Origin: Octopus vulgaris
Taxonomy: Eukaryota
Reading direction: 5' to 3'
Length of the DNA: 64,000 nt
NCBI GenBank assembly: GCA_951406725.2
Contig: OX597832.1
Coordinates: 62,558,001-62,622,000 of the forward strand
Position 1 is the first letter of the stretch. Each line of letters begins with the position of its first letter. Under the pieces are notes generated by a model. The model had not been told where the DNA came from, made no database searches, and saw only the letters and a program-made list of their open reading frames with translations. Below are positions 1 to 14,689 of the stretch, in pieces. The position numbers were made by a program, and so were the translations under genes.

Positions 1-1072
1 TTGCTTTGCTGTATTGACTGAACGTTATCTATATTTTATTGATTATATATATCTGTGTTGTTTTTCTCTGGCGTATTAGCAATTTCCATTAAATATGTTT
101 ACGGAGTGTATCTTGTTAATATTGATGTGTGTTATGAGTATTTAAAGCCATAGCGAAATATAAATATATCTTCGAAACAGGGCGATAAACACTGATTTTT
201 ATAGTAAACATTCAAACGATAAGGTAATGGAAATTGTTTCTTTGAGATTGCTTTCAGTACTGTATACAGTTTGCAATATTTTCGGTCATATTGTTGGCAC
301 AAGAGCTGAGCTACTTATTTTGAAACGACATTAAATTCAGCACTGCAATAAAGGGTCAACTGATGTTTTGTTAGATATCGAGTCCACCTCGACGATATAT
401 TTTTTTGTTTTGTTTTGTTTTGTTTTTTTGCAAGGAATCTGATTCAATTTGTTTCTTAAATATTTGTTTTCTGAATGATTATGGACAAATATTCATTAAA
501 TATTCTCGCTAAATTGAAGTTCAAACACAGCTATTCTGCACTGATTCGAATATGTGCAGAGTAGAGTGATTTTTCGGCAGATGTTGAATAAAGCTTTAAT
601 AAACATCATAACACAAATTTTAACATCGTTTATAAAATTAAACAGGTCTAGGTTTAGTGGCATAATGGTTGTAAGCCTGATGAAAACGAGATATTATCTT
701 TACCTATTGAAATGTTTCCTAGGTAGACCAAATGAATGATAGCTTTTTTGAGAAAGTCTCAATGACCTGAATGATATTCGCTAATTAAATTTATCTCCAT
801 AACACAGAAGTGTTCAACTAAATTAACAACCACAAATACCTAAGCAAATAAATATTATTCAGCTTCTAGTAACTACTCCAGTCAGCGTTAAGATGTAACT
901 CGCGTTAATTTGCTGAGTTATAAAAGCTTGCAAATACAACTACGAATTAGGGGGTGGACGATATAACTATTGCGATTTCATTCCTTTTTGTAACATTGAT
1001 ACTTTATTTTGTTATCAATTAATTTTAGTATTTAATGAGGCTTGAATATTCTATACAGTCATCCACTCTCGT

Positions 1073-1315
1073 GAAGGTTTGTGGTTTAGGGGTTACAGTG
1101 TTGTACAACCATGAGATCGTCGTTTGATTCCCGGACAAGGTGGTCCGTTTGGTTCGTGAACCAAACATTTCATTTCAGGTCATTTCAGTCCACTAGGCTG
1201 TAAATGAGTATCCCTGTGACTGACGCCCGTTTAAGAGGAAATGGGATCTCCACCGCATATACGCAATACAAACCGTGTAATGGACCCTAGGAGACGATGG
1301 TATCAAAGGGGTTTA
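1073..1315 (+). mobile_element. Decayed tRNA-derived SINE (family C: CORE-like centre)
   Basis: Aligns by eye to the cleaner copy at 36845-37091 (GAAGG..GTGGTTTAG head, GATTCCCGGAC B-box region, CAGTCCACT..GCTGTAAATGAGTA). Confidence 0.6.
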
Positions 1316-2058
1316 CTTACATCCGTTCTCAGAATTTTAGGTGTGTGAATATGGTTTTGATGCCCTTCTCAATAACATCTGTGATCTAAATGACGTTAAG
1401 AAGGCGAGAGAAATATAAAACTAAAAACAGTCACACAGAACTTTAGACTTTGCCTCTGTTCAGACGACTCTAAACTCTAAACGGTTGCCATTTCGCATAT
1501 ATCTATAGAAGGAATAGAATGAGATGTTGTGAGGCTCATTTTTATCATAACTGTTATATGCGATGTAGAATCATAACAGTAACGAATTCCAGGGTTATGT
1601 GTATGTAAGAATTGAAGGCAACACCACTTCTTTTTAAACGATAAGTGCCTGAAATCCTCTCAAGAATTGTTGAACAAATTAAGATATTATTCATCACTGA
1701 GCTAGTGTCATAATACTTTCCGATAGTATTTCAGTGTTTTTAAGTAGATAATAGATGTTTAATACCAAATATGTTCTCCTGCACTTTTATAGTTCATTTT
1801 CATGTGTATGATTTCTGTGAATAATTAACTGCAACGGTTTGCTTTTCAATAATGTATAGAGATGACGAATAAGTGTTGGAATTCTATTGTTAACTCGTTG
1901 GCACCATTTAAATCTATCGAATGTTTAAAATCGTCATTGTTTGCTGGCAGTAATCTCATTGTAACATACAGAAGTATTTAGCATCATAAGGTGGAAGACA
2001 GAGGCAAGTCATCGTATCATTCTATCGTATATATAAACAGGTAGCAAGATTAAGATAA

Positions 2059-2220
2059 CAGGCGTGGCTCTGTGGTAAGCAGCTTGCTTCCCAACTACAT
2101 GGTTCCAGGTTAAGTCCCACTGCATAGCACCTTGGGCAAGTGTTTTCTACTATAGCCTCAGGCTGACCAAAGCCTCGTGAGTGGATTTGGTAGACGGAAA
2201 CTGAAAGAAGCTCCTCGTAG

Positions 2221-2289
<69 letters not shown>

Positions 2290-2391
2290 TGTGTGTGTCT
2301 GTTTGCATTCGTCCCTCCACCTTCACTTGACAACCGATGTTGGTGTGTTTGTATCCCAGTTAACTTAGCGGTTCGGCAAAAGAAACCGACA

Positions 2392-2395
<4 letters not shown>
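2059..2395 (+). mobile_element. tRNA-derived SINE (family A) with internal (TA)n(TG)n
   Basis: A-box-like GTGGCTCTGTGGT, B-box-like GGTTAAGTCCC and CCTTGGGCAAGTG core. Closely similar to the copies at 16839 and 17331; the 3' tail is lost. Confidence 0.85.
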
Positions 2396-2428
<33 letters not shown>

Positions 2429-2959
2429 TATATATGTATATATATATATATATAAATATATATATATACATATATATATATCCATATATATGTTGATACT
2501 TTGCAAAAGCAACATCATTACTTATTTGAGTGTGTACATGTCTGCGTGCCTGCGCTTGTGCTTCCGTGCGTGTGTGTGCACGTGTGTGTGCGTGCATGTG
2601 TGTGCATGTGTGTGTGCATGTGTGTATGTGTTTGTGTGTGTGTGTGTGGTCACAACATCTCTCTAGGAACGGATAACTCTGAGAAAAAATCTGAGACACA
2701 GACAGTGTTCGATGATTTAGACTGGTCCTTCTTTTCGAGTTTATATTATCGATGTACAGAGAGTGGGGTTGGATTTGTGCAAGTCGTTTCCCCACTAGAA
2801 AAAAGTTATCACGGTTTGACATCACTGAAAAATAAGTAAGACTTATTACAAAACTAGCAGGTCGTATCTTTCGCATGTGTGAGAGTTTCGATCTGGCAAT
2901 GGCAATACTCGAGCACGAGTCTGAAGTTATCATGTATGTATGTGTACACACTTAAAAAG

Positions 2960-3149
2960 GGCATCAGGACAAAATTCCCCGATGACAAAATCCTCCCGAG
3001 GTCAAAATACTACCGAACAAATCTTAAACAAAAATATCAACTAATAAATATTAAAAAAATTTTTTATAAAATTTCACTTTCCTAAAATATCTCGGTGGAT
3101 ATTAACTGCCGGGGTTGAGGTTGTCAGGGGGTGATTTTCTCCTAGTACC
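2960..3149. mobile_element. Non-autonomous DNA transposon (Mutator/MULE-like MITE), 190 bp
   Basis: Exact 9-bp direct repeat CTTAAAAAG at 2951-2959 and 3150-3158. Imperfect 29-bp TIRs (21/29) starting with GG. Confidence 0.75.
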
Positions 3150-3641
3150 CTTAAAAAGATGTTTAGTTCGAAGAGTGTGCTGTGTGACTTGCTGAGTAAA
3201 AAATATAACATATTCGTATGATACAAATATGAAACAGCTCTACATATCTTTGGTCCTTAACAACGAAGAAAACATGTGTACACGCATGTCTTTCTGAGGC
3301 TGTGTATGTGCGTGTGCAGGCATATGTATATTTATATATGTATGTATGAATGCGTTTGTGTGTGTGTGTGTGTGCGTGCGTGCGTATGTGTGTGCGTCTG
3401 TGCTTAATCAACTTTGGAACTCTTCGATAAATTTATGCAATCCAAAACGTTGGAGCTAAAACATTAGTGCTGCAAGACATGGCAAAGCGAACTGTGGAGA
3501 CTGATTCCTCAAAAAGAAGTCAATAAATAGAACGTTTAGAACTCTCTGTCCCCACCATCCCTCTCTCGCTCTCTTTCTCTTTCTGTCCGTCACTATTTCT
3601 TTCTCTCTGTCTCTCTCCCACTCACTATCTTTCTCTATCTC

Positions 3642-3688
<47 letters not shown>

Positions 3689-3863
3689 CGCAGCCAGTAA
3701 GACATCGCCATTCATTTCTTTCGCTTTATTATTGCAAATTTTGAAGTCTATCCTTGTAAGTACAGATGTATGAGTCTGTGCGTCACATCTTAATGTCTGT
3801 TGGTGTATTTGCGTGCATGTATGTTGTGTATTTGCGTGTTTGTGCATGTGGTTTTGCGTGTGC

Positions 3864-3864
<1 letters not shown>

Positions 3865-3946
<82 letters not shown>

Positions 3947-4161
3947 CATCATCATCATCATAATTTGTTTTTTCAAGAATACTATGCGTTATCTACTAAG
4001 AGAATTACATCTCTTGTATGGGACGATACCATAAATCACGAAGAGTAAACTTTACATCTTACAAACAATATATCAGACCGGACGTCTCCGCAAATCATTA
4101 TTGCGCATGACATACTTGTTGTTACTAGTTTTTACTATTATTATTATCATTATTATTATTA

Positions 4162-4225
<64 letters not shown>

Positions 4226-4468
4226 TATCATTCGTTTTGTCAAATTATGTTGTGTGTTATATATATATATATATATATCTACATACATATGTATGCATTA
4301 TAATATATACATATGTATATGCATGTGTGTGAGTGTGCATACATAAACTTATATATACATATATCTGTATATATGTATATCATCTCTATCATATTCGTCA
4401 TCATGTTCTCATTTGCCATCTCCAACATCGTCATCAAGAATTATCATCATCGTCTCGTCATCATCATT

Positions 4469-4508
<40 letters not shown>

Positions 4509-4600
4509 CCATCATTACCAGCATCGTCATCATCGTCTTCATCATCATAATCACCATCGTCGTCACCATCAGCAGCAGCGTCAGCACCAGCAGCAGTATT
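3865..4600. repeat. Compound (TTA)n/(TA)n/(CAT)n microsatellites
   Basis: Directly visible simple repeats. Confidence 0.95.
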
Positions 4601-4955
4601 ATCGTTTATTTCCTTCGTTTCCCGGATTTACATTTTTATTCGTTTTTTCTACATATCTTTATCCATGTTTAGCATTCCTGTATGCCTATCTATGTTTATG
4701 CGATGTGTGTATGTATGTGTTTGTGTGTCTATGTCAGAGGGTCCACGGGTGTATGTATATATTTATACACGTGCATACATGTGTGTGTATATGTGCGTGT
4801 GTGGGTGCATGCGTGTTGTAGCGGAAAATATGATTTCAATTAATTTCTGACTTTGCTCGAACGCGTTATTATTCCATTAACTGTTGTTGTCTTTGTCACA
4901 GTGGATTTTTATTGCACTTGTTGTCATTGTTGTTGTTGTTCTTGCTTTTATTCAA

Positions 4956-5169
4956 GGCGGCGAGATGGCAGAATCGCTTGTATACAGGACAAAATACTCA
5001 GCGCCATTTCGTCCGTCTTTACGTTTTGAGTTCAAATCCCGCCAAGGTTCATTTTTACTTTTCACCCTTTCGGGGTTAATAAAACAACTACCAGTTGAAC
5101 ACCAGGGTCGATGGTCTCTACTCATCCCTTCCCCCAAAATTACTTCCTTTGTGGCAAAATTTGAAAGCA

Positions 5170-5170
<1 letters not shown>
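4956..5170 (+). mobile_element. tRNA-derived SINE (family B) monomer
   Basis: GGCGGCGAGATGGCAGAATCG head, GAGTTCAAATCCC B-box, TTTCACCCTTTCGGGGT core; followed by (TTA)n. Confidence 0.85.
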
Positions 5171-5585
<415 letters not shown>

Positions 5586-5951
5586 CAGTCGTGCTTGTTT
5601 TCATCTATGTTATTCTTCATATTGCACTTCATGATATTTTACTGCTTTCTTTTATATTTGTTTTTGTAAAACTTATTTAAGTTTTTATCAATATCTATAA
5701 TTTTATATATTTTCGATCGTGTTTTGTTTGCACTTCATTTCAGTTTCTTTTTTCTGTTTTATATAAATTCCAGGAACTTTATTATAACGATCATGATGAT
5801 GATGACGACGACGAAGACGATGATGATGATGATCGTGATGAGGATGTTAATAGTCGTACAACAGTTTACTCTCAATAACTTCTCTAGTCAGTTGCTTATA
5901 CACTATTACAATGTGTATGTATCTGTCAATATATGTATATACATATATTTA

Positions 5952-6036
<85 letters not shown>

Positions 6037-6038
6037 GT

Positions 6039-6085
<47 letters not shown>

Positions 6086-6268
6086 TTATGTATATGTGTG
6101 TGTATGTGTTAAATAAAATAAGACAACAAGGACAAGACAAAGTGATATTCCTAGGACATTCAGCACATACATACAATTGCGTGCTTATCTATCTAGTTAT
6201 CAATTTCTCTATCGATCTATCTATCCACTTATATACACGTGTATGCGTGTATACATACACATATATAC

Positions 6269-6321
<53 letters not shown>

Positions 6322-7209
6322 TATACATATATATATTCATACATACACACACTCACACACGCTTGTATATATATGTGTGTGTATGTATATATAAATATAT
6401 ATATATTAGAATCCGTTCCTGTCAATATTGTTTTAATTAATTATGAGTAATTGTGTGCTTGCAAATATTAATGACTTTTGTCCTCTCCTCCATCTCACCG
6501 TTTCTCCTCTCTCATTGTTTTTTTTGTTGTGCTTATATACGCATATACGTATGTGTGTGTATATGTGTGTGAGTACGCGTTTGTTTGTGTGCATGCGCGT
6601 ATTGCCAATTTCCGCCCCCTCTCTTATTTATAACAAATTTTTATGACTAACTGTTCATAATTTGTATATTTTGAAATCATTTATCCATTAATATATCGTA
6701 TATTTATCCCCCATACAACATATCTATATTGTTATATACATTTTTCTGTCGCATATTGCAATTTTCCTATAAGCGATACACTGCATTTCTGCACGTTGGC
6801 ATTTTGTATGTGCATTAAATTTATATTTTTGTTATTCTGCATGTAGACACTGCGTATTAATTAATATATTGTTTCTATATTTTTACGATATTATTTGTAT
6901 ATTGCTATATGTTCGTTATTTCTATGTCGAATGCTTTATATTTATTTTAACACGTAGAATTTCTTTATAATGCTCCAGTTGTTTGTTTGTTTTCATATTA
7001 TCATTAACTCATTTGTTTTCTTTATCCTGACTTGTTAAATGTTTATTTCTTCCGTTGCTACTCTTTTCCCGTCTCTGTATTTTTTGTTGTTGTTCCCCTT
7101 GTTTTTTTTTATTCATAATCAGGCTTTTATTAGCTTTGTGTTGCTGCTCTTATTCTCCTTGTTTCTGTCGTTGTCGTTGCATATAGAGATGAAGTCATCC
7201 ACTACGTTT

Positions 7210-7244
7210 ATGTGTGTGTGTGTAAGAATGTATATATATGCATA

Positions 7245-7312
<68 letters not shown>

Positions 7313-7381
7313 CTTATATATGGTGTAATATATACATATATATATATATTTATATACATACTTATATGCATCTATGCAGGT

Positions 7382-7445
<64 letters not shown>

Positions 7446-7517
7446 GTATATATATATTCGTATATATATTCATACGTGCATGTATTTTATATATATATAT
7501 GCATATATATATATAAG

Positions 7518-7562
<45 letters not shown>

Positions 7563-7598
7563 GCATTTATATATTTATATTCATATATATATGCATAT

Positions 7599-7647
<49 letters not shown>

Positions 7648-7830
7648 TATATATATACTTATATATGCAGGTGTATATATCTATTATATATATTCATATA
7701 TGCATGTATGTGTGTATATAAATATATATATATATACATTTATATATTTATGATTATATGCATGTATGCAAATATATATATATATATTTATAAGTATATA
7801 TATATATATGTACTTATATATTCGTATATT
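7210..7830. repeat. Degenerate (TA)n/(TG)n microsatellite mosaic
   Basis: Directly visible. Confidence 0.95.
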
Positions 7831-8144
7831 TTGTACCACTGTTTTAATTATCTCTTATTATATTGTTATTTATCATCCTCTCCTTATTTCCTGATTTCTT
7901 TTTCTTCGTAGCTAATATACTAATGTTGCACTTTTCATTATTACCGTTGCCATAGTTACTACAACTAACTAAAACCTCCCATCGCCTCATCTCAACATCT
8001 TTATCCAATATTTTCGCCATTAATTCCCCGCTTATATCTTTAGTAGCCGGCGACGTCAACCGCCGCCGACGCCACCCACTCAATTGTTTCAAACGCTTAT
8101 ATCGTTACTTATGACGTCGACGTTGAGGACGCCAGCAACGGTTT

Positions 8145-8503
8145 CTGATGACAACGTTGATATTGGTGAGGATGATGATGATGATGACGACGACGACGGT
8201 GGTGATGATGCTGTTGATGATGGTGATGATGATGATGGGGATGATGGTTATGATGATAATGGTAGTGATGGTGATGATGATGATGATGAGGATGGTGATG
8301 ACAGTGGTGATGATGTTGGTGATGGTGATGATGATGATGATGATGATGGTGATGATGGTGATGATGATGACGATAGTGATGGTTATGATGATGATGGTGA
8401 TGATGGTGGTGGTGATGATGATGGTGACGGTGGTGATGATGCTGTTTGTGATGATGATGGTGGTGATCATGATGGTGAGCATGATGATGCTGGTGGTATT
8501 GAA

Positions 8504-8537
<34 letters not shown>

Positions 8538-8826
8538 GTGGTGATGATGTTGCTGTTTATGATGATGATGACGATTGTGATGATGGTGATCATGATGATG
8601 CTGGTGGTGTTGATGATGATGATGATGATGATGTTGATGGTTATGATGATGATGGTGGTGATGATGGTTCTGATGATGATGGTGGGGATGATGACGCTGT
8701 TTATGATGATGATGATTATGATGATGGTGATGGTGATGCTGATGGTGATGATGATGATGAAGATGATGATAACGATGACGACGATGATGATGGTGGTGGT
8801 GGTTGTGGTGGTGGTGGTGGTGATGC
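8145..8826. repeat. Degenerate (GAT/GGT)n trinucleotide array with higher-order units
   Basis: About 680 bp of GAT/GGT/GAC triplets with a recurring GGTGGTGATGATG(C/T)TG unit. Confidence 0.9.
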
Positions 8827-9555
8827 TTAGCCACATTTCTTCTAGTTGTTCACCTTTTAAGTTGCAGTTGGCTCCCATGTTTTCGGGATCTGTAAAACAT
8901 GAACCAGTTCAGAACTGGATTTGATGTCATAGATTTAATTCAAATTTGTTTGCCTTCCGCCAAAATTAATAGTTATTATTACTGTTATTATTATTATTGT
9001 TGTTATTCTTATCCTTATTATTTATTATATAACTGTTCAACATTCGGTACATTGGGTCAAATTTCTGCTGCATCATCTGCTACACCTCTGTGTTCCTGGC
9101 TTGTGTGTTCTTTTCTGCTGCTGGGAGTGTGAAAACTCTTGCTGATACTGTATTGTCTTCGCATTTTTTACTTGAAGTGTGGGACTGTCTTCTGTTGTGT
9201 TAATGCTTGTAATGTGTGCTGAGTGTGTGATCCTTAGATTTTTTCTGATTGCTGGTGGGAGTTTATTTCATTGGATATTTGCTGTATAGAGTGTGTCTTG
9301 TATTTGTGTGTTGCTTTGTTTAGGTTGTATTATTGTATTGATAGTGTCTTGCATAGGCTGTGGGCTGTTCCTGGCAGCTATTTTCTAGACAGTGTGCAGC
9401 GTTGAGGATCAGGCATAACTTCTACATTTTTGTACATATGATTTTTTAACTTGTATAATTATTATTACTATTATTATCACTATTATTTTGTTATTATTAT
9501 CATTATTATTATTATCACCATTATATTTATCATTATTATTATTTTTATTATTACG

Positions 9556-9614
<59 letters not shown>

Positions 9615-9660
9615 CATCATTATTACTACTACTACTACAACTACTTACAACTACTACTAT

Positions 9661-10090
9661 TAGTATTCCTTCGTAACCCAGTGGAGGTAAAAATGCACCG
9701 GAGTCTTTGGTCATTTGTGAAGTCACAACAATGACCTCAGACAGATAATACTTTCTTTAAGATGTGCGCTGCGCCCACTAAGGCTGCTTTTTGCAAGACA
9801 TCAATCATGCTTGGGTTTTCGAGTTGCCTAAAGAAGTTATGTAGTTTCAATGGGATTGAGCCCAACGCGTCGATCACCACTGGTATCACTTTTACCTTAC
9901 CCTCTCGCATTCCATACAGTCTTTCAATTCGGAACAACTTGGTGATTTTTTTCAACCTCTTTTCTACACCAATGATATGACAGTATTTGTCTCTTTTATT
10001 TAATATGACAATACCCGACGACCGGTGTTCGATTACACAGTCCGTCTGAAAATCATAGTCCCAGAGTATCGTTATTTCCATCCTCCTGCA
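9661..10090 (-). mobile_element. R4/Dong-like non-LTR retrotransposon 3' fragment (RLE domain plus 3' UTR), decayed
   Basis: ORF 9737-10081 reads ILWDYDFQTDCVIEHR...VIPVVIDALG...LQKAALVGAAHILKKVL, homologous to the C-terminus of ORF 34955-36718; (TTA)n on both sides. Confidence 0.85.
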
Positions 10091-10147
10091 TTATTACTAT
10101 CATTATTATCATCATTATTATCATTATCAACATCATCATTAGTATTA

Positions 10148-10251
<104 letters not shown>

Positions 10252-10269
10252 TTCATTATTATTATTATT

Positions 10270-10692
10270 CAGTAGTTTTATTTCTATAGCGTGCTTTCAC
10301 TTCACTACCGAGCGCAGCTCTCTGTGCCTTGGGCATGTGCTGTGATTTGTTGTGATGCTCTGATGGTTATTGTATGGAAAGTGTTCTGCGTAGGATGTGT
10401 GCAGTGCCTAGTAATGCAATTTTCTCTATGTTATATGTATTCGTAAGTCCTGGTGTTTTTGTTATGTATTTGTCTGAATATTTTTTTATCATACCTAATG
10501 CGCCTACTATGATAGGACTCATTTCTGTTTTTAGATTCCAGAGTCCAGTTACCTCTATTTCCAGGTCTTTGTATTTTGAAAGTTTCTCCATTTCTATTAG
10601 GGGCACGTTGTCATCTGCCGGTATTGATACATCAGTTAGAAAGCATTTTTTTCTTCATGGCCTGTTGGCCTTAATTTCTCTATCTGTGTGCA
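10270..10692 (-). mobile_element. R4/Dong-like 3' fragment, same subfamily as 34852-36773
   Basis: Near-identical DNA to 34852-35300 (EMEKLSKYKDLEIEV...AHILRRTLSIQ plus 3' UTR), with an about 20-bp deletion at the RPDIVVRD motif; (TTA)n flanks. Confidence 0.92.
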
Positions 10693-10718
10693 TATTATTA
10701 TTATTATTATTATTATTA

Positions 10719-10941
10719 AAGCGGTGAGTTGGTAGAACCGTTAACACGCCAGGCAAAATGCTTAGCGGCAATTTGCCCGTCCTTACGTTCTGAGTCTGAA
10801 TTCCGCCATGGTTAACGTCGCTTTTCATCTTTACAGGGTCGATGGAATACTGACCAGATATGCAGCGGAGTAGATGCAATTGACAAGCCCCCTCCCTCAC
10901 AATTTCAGATCTTGTGCCTACCGTAGGTACAAGGCTCGAAA
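10719..10941 (+). mobile_element. SINE family B monomer
   Basis: GCGGTGAGTTGGTAGAACCGTTAACACGCC head, TTTTCATCTTTACAGGGTCGAT core, TTGTGCCTA tail. Confidence 0.8.
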
Positions 10942-10987
10942 TATTATCATCATCATCATCCTCATCATCATCATCATCATCATTATG

Positions 10988-11056
<69 letters not shown>

Positions 11057-11731
11057 ATTACTACTATTACTAATGTTCCTATTACTACTATTCTAACTTT
11101 TATCTCGAATTCAAATGGAGCATGGGGACAAGTTTGATATCAAACCATAACGAACAAAATCTTTTTAGCTGATAGATGTCAATAAGCCATTGAAAAGAAG
11201 CTAAGAAAACGGGAAATAGGAGTCGAGATTTGTATTACTGTCTTCGTCATATTTTATATTAAGCTGACAGACGTTAATCATCATTGAACCCGCCAAAATA
11301 ACACTGTGTTACACTAAAACTGTATAAAGTTTTACATCCGGTTTAAAATAGGACAATATCTTTAAGACTAAGGACGTTATTCTCTTTTATAAACGCTTCG
11401 GACCTTCTGACATGAAATCATTCATTCTAGCATGCACCCAGACATACACATACATACACACATACATACATGCATACATACGTACATAAATACATACATA
11501 CGTACGTACGTACATTCATACATATGTATGTACATATAGCATTCAATGTATTTGCTTATTGAAATGAAAGTCGTGAAGGGGACGATGAGTTTCTCTGCCT
11601 CATTCTAGAGTCAGGATAAATTGTGTGCTTGTTCAAGGTCAGACAATTGACACATTAACTTGAGAGTGTAAGGCATAGATATTTATATTATACCAACGTA
11701 CATTCTCATGTATTCCTGTGTGCGTATCTAA

Positions 11732-11834
<103 letters not shown>

Positions 11835-11950
11835 CATACATACACACATACATATAGTAATAGACATATACATATATTCATACACATATACGTACATATA
11901 TGCATTGATATAATATATGCATTTATACGCACATATTAAAGTGCATTCAC

Positions 11951-11986
<36 letters not shown>

Positions 11987-12309
11987 GTACGTATGTATAT
12001 ATACACATATATATTCGTGTGTCTCATACCGGTAAGGTGGGGGGAATTGTTAGCGTGTCGTTCATGAGGTCTTTTGATGGTGGATCCGGTCCTTTGGCAT
12101 TTGAGATCTTTGTGGAAACATACTGTGACCCCGTGGAACATCAGCTCCGGGACTTGGATGCCTTTTGCAGGGGGTACTTTATTGAGAGCAGTAGAGAGAG
12201 ACCTCCGATTTCTGTAAAATGACTTCCTCTCTTAGATAGATAGACAGACAGACAGACAGGCAAAGGAGGAGAGAGAGAAAGACGTGTGTGTGTGTGAATG
12301 TGTGTGTGT

Positions 12310-12393
<84 letters not shown>

Positions 12394-13215
12394 CGGTGAG
12401 TGTCCTTGTATTTGTCCCAAGTCGCTTGATATTCAGTGGTTTGTTACATGGCTTTGTACTTTGTACTTCAGCAAAAACATTAAGACCAAAAACACAAAAG
12501 AACCGCGGGATTCAGAAAGAATAAATGTAATGTCTTGGGATCGATTTTTCTCGACCACAACCACTTCCAAGAGGTCTGTCAACATAGCAGCTGTCAATGC
12601 CTGAAGAGAATACGCAGTATTAAAGTTCAAAATAATTCTTCGAGGTTCTATGAGAATAAGTAGAGGTAAGAAACACAGGATTCGTTAACACATCGTACCG
12701 CTCAGTCACAGTTCTTTTGCAACATCTGCGATTATTTATAGCTAAGGTTATGGAATCATTGTTAATAAAGGGTATCGTGACATTAGAAAGAGATTACGCA
12801 ATTTTACGAGCTGTCGTCTCAGCTTAATACAGGCTTCAACCGATTAATGGGGAAGAAAACATGTCATTGTAGATAAAGATTAGTGATTAGCTTGAGAAAT
12901 ATCAACAATGCGTAGAGTTTGAGTATCAAACTTGCTTCTAAAGGGATGTTTTATCGCTTTATCAATGTTCCCTGTTATGACACCTACCATTGTCATAATC
13001 TCAGGTGCATACATACATAGATTCGTATACACGTGTGAGTTTAGGTATGCATATATGCTTATTGTACGCATATATATATACATATATATACAAATATATG
13101 AATCTATATTTATAGATATACATATATACATATATGTTTGCACGTGTGTATCCATAATACATATGTGTGTGTGACGTATCCCTCCACATATATATATATA
13201 TATACACACACACAT

Positions 13216-13251
<36 letters not shown>

Positions 13252-13326
13252 GCATGTATATGTATATGTGCTTCACTTTGATTATTTACGTTTATATAAA
13301 TGTGTGTGTGTAAATATATACATACA

Positions 13327-13386
<60 letters not shown>

Positions 13387-13746
13387 TACACACACACACA
13401 TATATACATCAGATAAATGCGAAGAAAGTTCAATTACATAAAATGTATTTCTGTGTATATATATACATATATATTTATATGTATGTGTGGTGCATGTGTG
13501 TTTTATACATACGTTTTTTAGGCTTTTTAACTTCCTGTCATACTACTTATACACTTCACCCCCCTTTCCCATTCCTCCATCTCTCATAATTTAACACCGC
13601 TTCTTTCAGCCTACCCCTGTTTCCTCAGAAATATCAATCACACAGACTCACACACACACGCACGCTTGGGTAAACATTTCTGTGTGTATGTATATTTGAA
13701 TATATGCATATATACATATCTATATAACTGTCAATCTATCTATCTA

Positions 13747-13780
<34 letters not shown>

Positions 13781-13874
13781 CATATATATACACACATATA
13801 CATGCAATATTATAACTCACATAACACGCGCACTCATAAATACATGCATATATACATATGTGTGCGTAGGGGTG

Positions 13875-13910
<36 letters not shown>

Positions 13911-13914
13911 TAAT

Positions 13915-14242
13915 GAAGGTGCATGGCTCAGTGGTTAGAGCATGGAGCTCGTGAGGTTGTGACTTTGAATCCCGGACCGGGCTGCGTGTTGTGTTCTTGA
14001 GCAAGACATTTTATTTCACGTTGCTCTAGTTCACACAGCTGTAGAAATGAGTTGTGACGTCACAGGTGCCAAGCTGTATCTGCTGTTGCCTTCTCCTTGA
14101 ATAACACTGGTTGTGTGGAGAAGGGAAGCCAGTATGCATGTGCGACTGCTGGTCTTCTATAAACAACCTTGCCCGGACTTGTGCCTAGGAGGATAACTTT
14201 CTAGGCGCAATCCCACGGTCAATCATGACCGACGGGTGTCTC
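13915..14242 (+). mobile_element. SINE family C, tail type 1
   Basis: GAAGGTGCATGGCTCAGTGGTTAGAG head and GTGTTCTTGAGCAAGACA core; tail shared with 39615-39955 (CATGACCGA.GGG). Confidence 0.85.
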
Positions 14243-14689
14243 AGTATATATATTTATTTTTCCTCCGTTTTCCCTTCCTTCCTGAGCGTCCTCGCGTTGT
14301 TGTGTTTTCACTTGGTGTTTTCATGTTTGGATTAACTATATGTTGAATATATAAGCTGTTTGGCTGCAGAGAAATTGCTAAAATTTGCCCTGTTTATAAT
14401 TATACCATATGTTGCACACAAACACACATACACACACACATTACTTAAAGGGTGGAAACATGTATCTAAGATCTGCCAACAGTTTCATATGTTAAGAAAA
14501 CTCAAAAAAATATTCTTCTGGCGCAAACCACATAAATTGAATAATATAAGAAACGCGAAATAACTGACAGGGCAGCATATAGAAAATTCAGAAAGTAAAC
14601 AACGGAACACGAAAAACATAAACGGAAAACGAAAGCACCAAAAATTATAATTCTGGAAAGATATCAAGTCAATCTGGAATAGGCGGGAT

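Noticed and set aside
2022-2951. 309-aa ORF and the many YIYI, THTH, CVCV and poly-I ORFs in the track
   Set aside because: Translations of microsatellites and SINE sequence.
8084-8924. Asp-rich 248-aa ORF (acidic biomineralisation-like) and overlapping His- and Met-rich ORFs
   Set aside because: Four frames on both strands are open simply because of the GAT/GGT repeat. There is no convincing signal peptide or splice context, and a similar array occurs at 30245-30870.
13590-13630. Minus-strand CTGAGGA...GAAA hammerhead-like spacing
   Set aside because: Stems II and III cannot be paired convincingly.
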